Assembly (NCBI GenBank): GCA_017518415.1 | Contig: JAFWVC010000060.1 | Coordinates: forward strand, 13,947 to 77,946 | Reading direction: 5' to 3' | Length of the DNA stretch: 64,000 bases | Source: Clostridia bacterium | GTDB taxonomy: Bacteria > Bacillota > Clostridia > Oscillospirales > Acutalibacteraceae | Shown: piece after piece, positions 15,483-23,907 of the stretch | Layout of the letters: every line of letters starts with the position of its first letter | Position numbering within the stretch: position 1 is the stretch's first letter | Program-made: the position numbers and the translations under genes | The notes under the pieces: generated by a model | What the model was told of the DNA's origin: nothing | Databases searched by the model: none | The model's input: the letters and a program-made list of their open reading frames with translations, nothing else

Positions 15483-17492
15483 TTACTCGAGGAAATCGTT
15501 GACGCAGTAGGATGCGGCGTTGGAATAATACACCAGATCGCCGCGCTTGGCGAACGCCTTAATGCCGATGGAGATGTTGAAACCGCCCTTCTTGGAGGGG
15601 ATGTTGGTCACGGTCAGGCCGATGATGTAATTGCCGTCCAGCGCCTGCGCCGTGACGGCGGAACCGGCCGCATTGATCGATTCCCAAACCGTATCGGTCC
15701 GCCAGGTGTCGCATTCCGTCCCGTCGACGACCAGCGTGGTATTCATATCCGGATAATCCGGATAATCTTCCGCGTAGGACACCAGCACAAAGCCGACTTC
15801 GTCAAAGTTCAGGCTGTCGATCGCCGCGACAAAGCGGATATCGGTCTTGGCGGTGGTAGAGGTGGTACCGACTTTGACCTGCGCATACACGCGGGAGGTA
15901 CCCTGCGTGACTTTCCAGCCGGCGTACAGCGTCAGGTCGGAGGTAACGGCCGCGTTGAAGTCATACGGCGTCGTGCATTCCGGATCGGTGTACCAGGTGG
16001 CGGTGTAGCTTTCTCTGGTGGTGGTCACCGGGTCGACTTTGCCGCCTTCTTGGACCAGCTGCGAGTACACCATGCTGCCGCCGTTGGTCACAAAGTTGAC
16101 GTCATAGTAGGTAGCTTCCGGTTCGGCAGAGCCGGAGCCGGCAGCCGCCGGATCAAAAGCATCATCCGCCGAGAGGACGAGGTAGTCGAAGGAGGCGCCG
16201 TTCGGGAACCCGAACTGGATCAGCACTTCGCCGCCCTGAGCATACGCAGTGGTGGTGCGCAGGTCGACCACGTGGGCGTCGGTATCGTTCCACGGCAGGT
16301 TCGTGCCGTTCTCCCACCAGGTGGGGCCGTATACGCCGAACACGCCGGCGGTTGCCAAAGCGGCAGCCTTGTAGATCAGGTACGGACGGGCGTTGATTTC
16401 AGCCTGCGTAAACGCCCAGTAGACGATAGCATCGCCTTCGGCGGGCGCTTCAAAGGTCGCGCCGTAGTCGCCGACCTTGGTGCGGATCAGGGTATCCAGC
16501 GTCGAGTTATAGCCGGCCTTGTCGACCAGAGCGAGAGGCGCGGCGGGCGGATCCGCCTCATCGACGATGGAGGCCTGATCAGCCGCCAGATAAAGCAGCG
16601 TGAAGTTGACGTCGGCCGCAAAGGTGATGCGGAGCATCACGGCATTGCCGCCGTTGAGGGCGTTCAGGTCGATGATCTGCAGGTCCGTCGTCGGGGTAAA
16701 GGTCTGCAGTTCGGTCCAGATATCGTCCTTAAAGGCGCCGAAGATGCCGCCGATGTTGCCGAGGGAACCGTCCGCGGCCACCTTCAGGGCCAGGTACGGG
16801 GTCTTGGCGATCTGCGCCGCCGGGATCAGGGAGTAAATATAGCCGAAGCCCTCGGTCCCGGTCCAGGGGCCGTACGCCGTCATGCCGTGGCCGCTGGTGC
16901 CGAAGACGGCGCGGTTAATGTTGATATAGGGGTTATTGGCCCAGGTGGCGATCAGCTCAATGCCCGTTTCCTTTTCCGGAATACCGGGGTTGACGCTGGT
17001 CAGGTAGCAGCTCTTGACCGCGAAGGACTGGCCGGTCGTGCCGTAGCACCACAGCTGGCAGGTATAGTCCGGGCACAGCTCGCGCAGGTTGACCATGATC
17101 TTCTGGCTGGCGCCGGTCAGGTTGCCGGTGGAATAGTTGCCGGTGGTACCCCAACCGTAGAAAGCAACGGCCAGACCGGACGAACGGTCCGGATCGGGCT
17201 CGATCACCAGATACGGCATAGCCGACAGGATGCTGCCGTCAATGACGAAGTACGCGCCGACGGAATCGTTCGAACCGCCGGTGGCCCTGGTGATGGTAAA
17301 GCCTTTGTCATCGGTATGGTCGACGATATCGACCGGTGTATAGATTCCATCCGTATGAAGATTGCTGGAATTGATGCGATACACCAGCGCGTTTTTGGCA
17401 TCCGCCGAGGCGGTGATGCCGGAGACGAGGACCATGGACAGCAACATGGCCGCCGCGAGGGTCAAGGACAGAACTTTCTTCCATCCTTTCAT
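15483..17492 (-). CDS. secreted modular protein: signal peptide, three related ~140-aa modules, Listeria-Bacteroides (Flg_new/InlB B-repeat) domain, C-terminal beta-rich domain
   Basis: Signal peptide MKGWKKVLSLTLAAAMLLSMVLVSGITASADA. Flg_new-like YDVNFVTNGGS...YTATWYTDPECTTPYDFNAAVTSDLTLYAGW. Paralogous to the 17712..19238 protein. Confidence 0.75.
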   Translation of the reverse strand: MKGWKKVLSLTLAAAMLLSMVLVSGITASADAKNALVYRINSSNLHTDGIYTPVDIVDHTDDKGFTITRATGGSNDSVGAYFVIDGSILSAMPYLVIEPDPDRSSGLAVAFYGWGTTGNYSTGNLTGASQKIMVNLRELCPDYTCQLWCYGTTGQSFAVKSCYLTSVNPGIPEKETGIELIATWANNPYININRAVFGTSGHGMTAYGPWTGTEGFGYIYSLIPAAQIAKTPYLALKVAADGSLGNIGGIFGAFKDDIWTELQTFTPTTDLQIIDLNALNGGNAVMLRITFAADVNFTLLYLAADQASIVDEADPPAAPLALVDKAGYNSTLDTLIRTKVGDYGATFEAPAEGDAIVYWAFTQAEINARPYLIYKAAALATAGVFGVYGPTWWENGTNLPWNDTDAHVVDLRTTTAYAQGGEVLIQFGFPNGASFDYLVLSADDAFDPAAAGSGSAEPEATYYDVNFVTNGGSMVYSQLVQEGGKVDPVTTTRESYTATWYTDPECTTPYDFNAAVTSDLTLYAGWKVTQGTSRVYAQVKVGTTSTTAKTDIRFVAAIDSLNFDEVGFVLVSYAEDYPDYPDMNTTLVVDGTECDTWRTDTVWESINAAGSAVTAQALDGNYIIGLTVTNIPSKKGGFNISIGIKAFAKRGDLVYYSNAASYCVNDFLE

Positions 17493-17549
17493 GATGGATC
17501 ACCCTTTCATTAAAATAGGAGCATCGCCAGATACTCTTTGACACTATAC

Positions 17550-17578
17550 AGTATATAAGCATATAGCCGAAAAATCAA
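17550..17578 (-). promoter_or_regulatory. sigma-A type promoter with AT-rich UP-like tract for the 669-aa secreted protein
   Basis: On the minus strand: TTGATT, 17 nt, TATACT. About 50 nt of A/T-rich sequence lies immediately upstream (17580-17640). TATAC-t-GTATA palindrome overlaps the -10. Confidence 0.55.
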
Positions 17579-17663
17579 GTCCTTTTATAAAAAATATTTA
17601 TTGTTTTCAGTAATTTTATAAATCTTTGAATGTTTTCTTGTTCAACTTATACAAACAGCGGGC

Positions 17664-17691
17664 AAAAAAAGCGGCCCGCCAAACGGGCCGT
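17664..17691 (-). terminator. intrinsic terminator after the 508-aa paralog
   Basis: Minus strand: ACGGCCCG-tttgg-CGGGCCGC followed by TTTTTTT. Confidence 0.7.
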
Positions 17692-17711
17692 TTCGGTAAA
17701 TATCGTTCGGT

Positions 17712-19238
17712 TCAGGGATCGGCGCCCCACACGCCGACGGCAAAGGTCTGCACAGCGGAGCAGAAGACCTGCTCCCCGCACACGGCATAGGCGTACGCAT
17801 GCAGGTACAGCGCCTGCTCCGGCGGCACGTCCGGCGGAGCAGGCAGCGTCAGCGCATACACGCAGGCGCCGCCGAGGTCCTGCGCGGGCACCGGCACACC
17901 GTCGGCATACACGCAGCCCCACACCGTATCGGTGCGCAGCAGCGAACAAAGCGGGCTGTCCGGCTCCGGCCACACGGCGCGGCTGTCGGTATCATACCGC
18001 ACCGCAAAGCCGACTTCTTCGTAGGCAAGGCCGTCCAGCGCGGCGACCAGACGCACGGCATCCCCCTGTATCTGCCGCTGCGCATAGATGCGGGAAAAAA
18101 GCCCCACCGCGTGCCAGCGCGCGTACAGCGTCATATCCTGTGTAACCGGGTCGGTCTCAAAACAGAACAGCCGGCCGTCGGCGGTATACCAATCCGCTTC
18201 GTACCCCTCCCGCAAAGACGCGGGCGGTTCCGCCAGGCCGCCGGCCGGGACGGCCTGCGCCGGCACCGGCGTGCCGTCGGCGGCGTCAAAATCCACGTCG
18301 AACGTTTCGCCCGGCTCCGGCGGATCCGGCACGGTGACCGCGTCGGGATCAAAGGCGGGGTCGGCCGCAAGCACCATGCAGGAAAACTCCGTCTGCGGTA
18401 CCCCGTTGAACCACAACTGCAGCAGCGCACCGTCCCCTTCGTACCCGGAAAAGGCGCGCAGATCGACGGCATGCAGCTCGCCGTCCAGCGGCAGCGCCTG
18501 ATACCGGTTCCACCACGTACCGAAGGCGACCCCGAATGCGTCAGCCTGCGCCGGCACCTGCCGGAAACGATAGACCAGATAGGGGTACGTTTGCAGCAGA
18601 GATTCTTCTATCCTCCAATAGGTATACCCGCCGCCGGACAGGCTCAGGCCGCACCCGCCGTCCCCCCGGACGGTGTTGCCCTGATTGACGGCGGTGGAAA
18701 GCACCGCTAGCGCCTTGCCGTCAAACTCGGTTACACCGGGGTTGCAGCTGGTAAGATAACAATCGCGCACCGAAAAAGCCTGCCCCGCCGCACCGTAGCA
18801 CCACAATTGGCAGGTGTAATCCGAACAAAAGGCCCCCAGATGCACCGCGAGCCGGCCGCTGTCTGCCGTCAGGTTGCCGGTGGAATATAAGCCGGCCGCC
18901 CCCCAGCCGTAAAAGTTGACCGAAAGCCCGGTACAGCCCTCCGGGTCCACCTCGATAACGAGGTACGGCATGGCGGCGAGCGTCGGCGCGTCGATGACAA
19001 AATAGGCTCCAACCGAATCCCGCACGCCTTCCCCGGTGGCGGTAACGGTAAAGCCGCGGTCCGCCTCGTGGTCGGTGACCGTCACGCCGGTATAACAGCC
19101 GGAGGTGATCAGCCGGTCCGCCCGCAGGCGGTAGACGTACTGCGCGGCGGCCGCGCCGGAGGAAAAAACGGCCGCGCTTGCCAGCGCCGTCAGCCATACG
19201 GCCAGCCACAGCGCCATCCTTTTGCTCCAGCGTTTCAT
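17712..19238 (-). CDS. secreted modular protein, shorter paralog (two modules plus Flg_new repeat plus C-terminal domain)
   Basis: Signal peptide MKRWSKRMALWLAVWLTALASAAVFS. Shares MPYLVIE.DP, FYGWG..G.YSTGNLT, DYTCQLWCYG and CYLTS.NPG with the 669-aa paralog. Flg_new-like FDVDFDAADGT...YEADWYTADG...DMTLYARW. Confidence 0.75.
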   Translation of the reverse strand: MKRWSKRMALWLAVWLTALASAAVFSSGAAAAQYVYRLRADRLITSGCYTGVTVTDHEADRGFTVTATGEGVRDSVGAYFVIDAPTLAAMPYLVIEVDPEGCTGLSVNFYGWGAAGLYSTGNLTADSGRLAVHLGAFCSDYTCQLWCYGAAGQAFSVRDCYLTSCNPGVTEFDGKALAVLSTAVNQGNTVRGDGGCGLSLSGGGYTYWRIEESLLQTYPYLVYRFRQVPAQADAFGVAFGTWWNRYQALPLDGELHAVDLRAFSGYEGDGALLQLWFNGVPQTEFSCMVLAADPAFDPDAVTVPDPPEPGETFDVDFDAADGTPVPAQAVPAGGLAEPPASLREGYEADWYTADGRLFCFETDPVTQDMTLYARWHAVGLFSRIYAQRQIQGDAVRLVAALDGLAYEEVGFAVRYDTDSRAVWPEPDSPLCSLLRTDTVWGCVYADGVPVPAQDLGGACVYALTLPAPPDVPPEQALYLHAYAYAVCGEQVFCSAVQTFAVGVWGADP

Positions 19239-19286
19239 GCCGTTTTTTTCCCCCCTTTTTTTTGTCCGCCCCCGCGGGCGGCGCCG

Positions 19287-20039
19287 TCAGGATTCCTTGC
19301 GCTTTTGCGCGTGCCAGCACAGACGCAGCAGCCATTTGTCCGGCAAAAAGCGGGCCCCGAAGCGCACCAGCTTCATCGTCAGGCCTGGCACAATGACCAG
19401 CTTGCCCCGGAACATCCCCCGCACGGCGGCACGGGCCACTTTGTCGCTCGGCAGACCTCTGGCGCTGAACGTCACGCCGGCCGTCGTATCAAACTCGGTC
19501 CGCACCGGGCCGGGGCACAGCGCGCTCACGCGCACATGGCTGCCGCTGCGGCGCAGTTCCTCATACAAAGCCTGCGTCAAACGCAGCACGTAAGCCTTGC
19601 CGGCGTAATACTCCGCCAGCAGCGGCCCGGGTAAAAAAGCCGCCGACGAGGCCACGTTGAGGATATATCCCGCGTCGCGCCGCTTGAAGTCGGTATAATA
19701 CAGTTTGGTCAGCTCATGCAGGGCCGCCACGTTGACGGCCAGCATGGCCCGGTCACGGGCCAGCGGCGTTTCTTCAAACAAACCGAAGGCGCCGAACCCG
19801 GCGTTATTGACCAGAATATCCACCTGCCGGCCCTCCAGCCGGCGGTACAGCGCCTCCCCGGCGCCGGGTTCGGACAGGTCGGCCGGCACCACGGTGACGG
19901 GCACCGGCAGCTCCGCCGCCAACTGCTCCAGCCGATCCCGCCGCCGCGCCACAAGGATCAGCTCGTGCCCCTGCGCGGCCAGCAGCCGCGCGATATCCCG
20001 CCCGATACCGGAGGAGGCCCCGGTGATCAATGCCGTCAT
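19287..20039 (-). CDS. SDR family oxidoreductase
   Basis: MTALITGASSGIGRDIA Rossmann motif, NNAG, and the YAGKAY (YxxxK) catalytic motif. GGAGGG RBS before the ATG at 20039. Confidence 0.85.
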   Translation of the reverse strand: MTALITGASSGIGRDIARLLAAQGHELILVARRRDRLEQLAAELPVPVTVVPADLSEPGAGEALYRRLEGRQVDILVNNAGFGAFGLFEETPLARDRAMLAVNVAALHELTKLYYTDFKRRDAGYILNVASSAAFLPGPLLAEYYAGKAYVLRLTQALYEELRRSGSHVRVSALCPGPVRTEFDTTAGVTFSARGLPSDKVARAAVRGMFRGKLVIVPGLTMKLVRFGARFLPDKWLLRLCWHAQKRKES

Positions 20040-20094
20040 AAATCGTTCCCTCCGCAGCAAAAAGCGGCCGTGTACAGACACCGCCGCTTATGTA

Positions 20095-21030
20095 TCAGAT
20101 TTTATCGGCGCTGCCGAGTACGTTGAGGATCTTGCCGCGCACCACGTCGGTAATAAAGCCGCGCGCCTCGCCCAGATACTGGCGCGGGTCGAAATGCTCG
20201 GGATGCTCGGCAAAATGCTTGCGGATGCCGGCGGTCATCGCCAGGCGCAGGTCGGAATCGACGTTGATCTTGCATACGGCCATCGACGCCGCCTTGCGCA
20301 GCATCTCCTCCGGAATGCCGATGGCGTCCGCCATCCGGCCGCCGTTCCGGTTGACGATCTCGACGTATTGCGGCAGCACGGAGGATGCGCCGTGCAGCAC
20401 GATGGGATAGTTCGGCAACCGGTCCATGACCTCCTGCAAAATGTCGAAGCGCAGCTGCGGCTTCTGCCCGGGTTTGAACTTGTACGCCCCGTGGCTGGTG
20501 CCGATCGCGATAGCCAGCGAGTCGACCCCTGTACGGCCGACAAAATCCTGCACCTGGGACGGGTCGGTATAATGGGCGCGGTCGGCGTCGACACTGACCT
20601 CGTCCTCCACGCCGGCGAGCTGCCCCAGCTCCCCTTCCACCGTCACGCCGCGCGCGTGGGCATACTCGACCACGCGGGCTGTTTCGGCCACGTTCTGCTC
20701 ATACGGCAGGCTGGACCCGTCGATCATCACGGAGGTAAACCCGCCGTCGATACACTCCTTGCACAGTGCAAAATCGGCACCGTGGTCCAGATGCAGCGCA
20801 ATGGGCAGGCCGGTCTCGGCCTCCGCGGCCTTGACCAGATTGACCAGGTATGCGTGGCGCGCATACTTGCGGGCCGACCCGGACACCTGCAAGATCACCG
20901 GCGAGCGCAGCTGCTGGCAGGCGTCGACGATCCCCTGCAGGATCTCCATATCATTGATGTTGAAAGCCCCGATGGCGTACCCGCCGGCGTAGGCTTTGGC
21001 AAACATTTCCTTTGTGTTGACAAGCGGCAT
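20095..21030 (-). CDS. fba: class II fructose-1,6-bisphosphate aldolase
   Basis: MPLVNTKEMFAKAYAGGYAIGAFNINDMEILQGI..., LHLDHG, VMIDGS, GELG and HGAYK motifs. AGGAGGA RBS. Confidence 0.9.
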   Translation of the reverse strand: MPLVNTKEMFAKAYAGGYAIGAFNINDMEILQGIVDACQQLRSPVILQVSGSARKYARHAYLVNLVKAAEAETGLPIALHLDHGADFALCKECIDGGFTSVMIDGSSLPYEQNVAETARVVEYAHARGVTVEGELGQLAGVEDEVSVDADRAHYTDPSQVQDFVGRTGVDSLAIAIGTSHGAYKFKPGQKPQLRFDILQEVMDRLPNYPIVLHGASSVLPQYVEIVNRNGGRMADAIGIPEEMLRKAASMAVCKINVDSDLRLAMTAGIRKHFAEHPEHFDPRQYLGEARGFITDVVRGKILNVLGSADKI

Positions 21031-21130
21031 GTTGATTTTCCTCCTTGCGATATATCTCTGCCTATATTCTACCGCAACCCGCCTCAAAAGAAAAGGGCTT
21101 TTTTCAAAAAAATCGGAAAAAGATGAAAAG

Positions 21131-21159
21131 TTGACCCGCTGCCGATTTTATGCTACAAT
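21131..21159 (+). promoter_or_regulatory. sigma-A type promoter for the CxxC/CLPH protein gene
   Basis: TTGACC, 17 nt ending in TGc, then TACAAT. Confidence 0.55.
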
Positions 21160-21171
21160 AGGCCGCAAGAG

Positions 21172-21876
21172 GTGATCGGCTTGAGAGAGAGCATCGTGAC
21201 CATCCCGCTGACAGAGGTACTGGAACCGCGGGACGGCTGCCCCGTCTGCCGCCTGCGCGACATGCTGGAAAAGCGGGTGGTGGACTATATCACCGGTTCC
21301 GCCCTGATGGAGCCGGACGTACGCGAACGTACCAACCGGGAGGGCTTCTGCCTGCCGCATTACCGGCAAATGCTCGCCGCCCGCAACCGGCTGGGAGTGG
21401 CGCTGATCCTGCAATCCCACCTGATCGAGGTGGAAAAGCAGCTTTTTTCCGGGCTGCCGCTGCCGGGCCGGATCGACAAAAAAGCGGTCCGCGGCGCCGA
21501 CAAAGCTGGGCAGACCTGCTTTGTCTGCCGGGAGATCCGGCAGGCGACGGACCGGCTGCTGAACAACCTGTGCCTGCAATGGGAACAGCAGGCCGCCTTC
21601 CGGCGGCTGTGGGAGGAGCAGCCCGCGCTGTGTCTGCCCCACTTTTCCGCCGTCTGCGCCGCCGCGGAAGCCTCCCTGACCAAGGAGCATAAAAAAGAGT
21701 TCATCGCCGTGTCCCGCCGGCTGACACAGGCCACCCTGCAGCAGCTCCGGCAGGATATCGACAGTTTTACCCGCCTGTTTGACTACCGCACGACCGAGCA
21801 GGACGCCGCCGGGCAGGCCGGCGCCCGCGACGCCATCGAGCGCAGCATCGCCTACCTGACCGGCCGCCGTCCCTGA
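21172..21876 (+). CDS. uncharacterised protein with an internally duplicated CxxC...CLPH motif (DUF6062-like by recollection)
   Basis: CPVC...(about 36 aa)...CLPH, then CFVC...(about 36 aa)...CLPH. The start codon is uncertain (GTG 21172, TTG 21181 or GTG 21196), very close to the predicted transcription start. Confidence 0.6.
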   Translation: MIGLRESIVTIPLTEVLEPRDGCPVCRLRDMLEKRVVDYITGSALMEPDVRERTNREGFCLPHYRQMLAARNRLGVALILQSHLIEVEKQLFSGLPLPGRIDKKAVRGADKAGQTCFVCREIRQATDRLLNNLCLQWEQQAAFRRLWEEQPALCLPHFSAVCAAAEASLTKEHKKEFIAVSRRLTQATLQQLRQDIDSFTRLFDYRTTEQDAAGQAGARDAIERSIAYLTGRRP

Positions 21877-21907
21877 CGACGGCCGCGGGGCGCAAAGCAC
21901 GTTACCG

Positions 21908-21936
21908 CCGCCCGTCCGCCGGACGGGCGGTTTTTC
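21908..21936 (+). terminator. intrinsic terminator
   Basis: CCGCCCGTCC-gcc-GGACGGGCGG followed by TTTTTCATTTT. Confidence 0.75.
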
Positions 21937-22090
21937 ATTTTGTATATTTACCTGCCTGCAAAAATGACTGCCGCCGGCCCCGGTTTCGTAAAGTAGGTTA
22001 AACGCTTTGTATGACGTTTTTCTTTTTTTCTCGACTTTTTTTGCCTTTTTTTGGAAGTCTCTCCCGGCAAAAGCCCTGCTTTTATGCGAA

Positions 22091-22120
22091 TTATCCACCT
22101 TTTCCACATAGTTTTCCACA
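22091..22120 (+). promoter_or_regulatory. cluster of three same-orientation DnaA-box-like 9-mers
   Basis: TTATCCACC (22091-22099), TTTTCCACA (22100-22108) and TTTTCCACA (22112-22120). Each matches 8/9 of the TTATCCACA consensus. They sit about 130 nt upstream of the 22248 ATG. Confidence 0.5.
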
Positions 22121-22247
22121 TGCCGCCACCGAAACCCCGTTTTACAGACTGTTGTATTCAAATAAATGTTCTGCCTGCATACACGCATAACGGCGTCCGC
22201 GGCGGGCATACTCGCTGTATAGAAAACAGCCGAACGGAGGGAAAAAG

Positions 22248-22508
22248 ATGATCCGAGGCGTCCAGCGGCAGGTCATTGAAATCAGCCACACCGACAACGC
22301 CTATTTTGAGCGGGCGCTGCTGGTCGTGCGCAGCACCTGCGGAGCCGACCATCAGACGCTGCGGCAGCAGGCACACCGTTATCTGGAGCAGACCGGTACC
22401 AGCAGTTTTTTGCGCCGCGGCAAGGTGTTTTATCTGCTGCACCGCATCCTGACGCTGCTGATCAGCGCCGGCCTGGGCGCACTGATCTGCAAATGGATCC
22501 TCCAATAA
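22248..22508 (+). CDS. small hypothetical protein with a C-terminal transmembrane helix
   Basis: GGAGGGAAAAAG RBS. 86 aa, ending ...FYLLHRILTLLISAGLGALICKWILQ (hydrophobic). No family assigned. Confidence 0.55.
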   Translation: MIRGVQRQVIEISHTDNAYFERALLVVRSTCGADHQTLRQQAHRYLEQTGTSSFLRRGKVFYLLHRILTLLISAGLGALICKWILQ

Positions 22509-22545
22509 AGCAAGGCTCCCGGACCGGGAGCCTTGCTTTGTTTCG
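22508..22545. terminator. bidirectional intrinsic terminator
   Basis: 15-bp stem AAGCAAGGCTCCCGG-a-CCGGGAGCCTTGCTT between convergent genes. Confidence 0.75.
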
Positions 22546-22565
22546 GAACAACTGTATCGGGCCGT

Positions 22566-23795
22566 TCACGTGTCGCCCTGTGCAAGCGCGGCAAACTTCT
22601 GCTGCAGCGACGGGGCGTTTTTGGTCAACTGCTTGATGCTCAGGTCTTCCGCCTTTGCGTTGGCACGGCGCAGATGTTCGCCGGATTTGAGCAGGTTTTC
22701 CTTGATCTTCTGCATTGCCTCGATGGTCTTGTCGATCTGGGCGACGGCCTCGTTGAAGCGGTTGCTGGCGTCCTGATAGTTTTTGGAAAAGGCGGTCTTG
22801 AACGCCTCCATATTCTGCTCGAACTGCTGCAGATCCACCTGCTGGCTGCGCATGCGTTCGAGCTCCCGCCGGAACTGCAGGGTGTTCAGCGCCGCGTTGC
22901 GCAGCAGCGTGATGATGGGAATAAAGCACTGCGGCCGCACAACGTACATTTTGGGGTATTTGTAGGACACGTCCACGATACCGTTGTTGTACAGTTCGTT
23001 GTCCGCTTCCAGCATCGATACCAGCACCGCGTACTCGCAGTTCTTCTCCCGGCGGTCCTTGTCCAACTCTTTGAAAAAGTCCTCGTTTTTGTGCTTGGCA
23101 GCCGTTTCCTGCTGCTCGTTCTTCATCTCGAACATAATAGAAATAAACTCGGTGCCGTCGAGCGATTCGCGGAAGATGAAATCCCCCTTGCTGCCGGTGC
23201 GCGCATCGTTGTCCTTCTCAAAATAAGCAGTGGGAAAAGCCGTCATCCGCAGGGCGTTGAACTGGATCAGGCAGTGCTGTTCCAGGCTCTCCCCCACCAG
23301 TTTGGTGGACATCCGGGCCCGGAAATCCTTATAGTACCGGATCTGCTCTTCCTTGGCCTGCAATTGGGTCTGATACTGTTCCTGCAAGGCTTTTTCCCGC
23401 AGCAGCGCCTCGTTTTCCCGCACCGACAGTTTGCCCTGCAGGCGAACGATCTCGTTGTCTTTTTCAGCCAGCTGCCGCTCTTTTTGCTGCACCGCCTCGG
23501 ACACGGCCAGCTTTTTTTCGACGTCGCTGCCGTCAAGCCGGGTCTGCAGCCGTTCGATGATCCTGTCCTTATCGGCCAGCTCGCCGTCCTTGCGGGCCAG
23601 CAGCTGCTCCTGCGCCTGCGCCTGCTTGACGCGCATAACTTCCATGGCGCTTTGCTGCCGGTCGATCAGCAGTTTCTCGCGGCGGGCCAGCTCCTCCTCA
23701 AAGGTCTGGTCGCGCACCTGCTGCACGATCTGCGCATAGCCGCTCTCGTCAATCTGAAACAGTTCCCCGCAGTGCGGGCATTTGATCTGCTGCAT
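22566..23795 (-). CDS. Zn-ribbon / long coiled-coil / PD-(D/E)xK-like protein (DUF2130-like by recollection)
   Basis: N-terminal CPHCGELF, about 170 aa of heptad-like E/Q/K/R/L-rich sequence, then GDFIFRE...(about 14 aa)...IMFEMKNE, resembling a D...ExK nuclease motif. GGAAGGAG RBS. Confidence 0.75.
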   Translation of the reverse strand: MQQIKCPHCGELFQIDESGYAQIVQQVRDQTFEEELARREKLLIDRQQSAMEVMRVKQAQAQEQLLARKDGELADKDRIIERLQTRLDGSDVEKKLAVSEAVQQKERQLAEKDNEIVRLQGKLSVRENEALLREKALQEQYQTQLQAKEEQIRYYKDFRARMSTKLVGESLEQHCLIQFNALRMTAFPTAYFEKDNDARTGSKGDFIFRESLDGTEFISIMFEMKNEQQETAAKHKNEDFFKELDKDRREKNCEYAVLVSMLEADNELYNNGIVDVSYKYPKMYVVRPQCFIPIITLLRNAALNTLQFRRELERMRSQQVDLQQFEQNMEAFKTAFSKNYQDASNRFNEAVAQIDKTIEAMQKIKENLLKSGEHLRRANAKAEDLSIKQLTKNAPSLQQKFAALAQGDT

Positions 23796-23834
23796 ACGTC
23801 AGGCGCTCCTTCCGGTGGATATATCGGCAGTTTC

Positions 23835-23863
23835 AGTATACCACAGTCCCCACCGGGAATCAA
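23835..23863 (-). promoter_or_regulatory. sigma-A type promoter for the DUF2130-like gene
   Basis: Minus strand: TTGATT, 17 nt ending in TGg, then TATACT. Confidence 0.55.
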
Positions 23864-23879
23864 GCCGTATCCGGAAGCG

Positions 23880-23907
23880 AAAAAGAGGCGCCGGGCGCCT
23901 CTTTTTC
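23880..23907. terminator. intrinsic terminator-like hairpin
   Basis: AAAAGAGGCG-ccggg-CGCCTCTTTTT, with A/T runs on both sides. Confidence 0.6.

Noticed and set aside
22015-22125. DnaA boxes plus the adjacent T-rich tract interpreted as a chromosomal origin (oriC).
   Set aside because: No dnaA, dnaN or rpmH nearby. Only three boxes, and no recognisable DnaA-trio or GC-clamp arrangement. The surrounding gene orientation is convergent rather than divergent. A regulatory or titration cluster is more parsimonious.
21148-22209. A 353-aa minus-strand ORF spanning the CxxC-protein gene and the 21.9-22.2 kb intergenic region.
   Set aside because: It is antisense to a motif-bearing gene. It runs through a terminator, a T-rich tract and the DnaA-box cluster. 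Low-complexity translation and no RBS.
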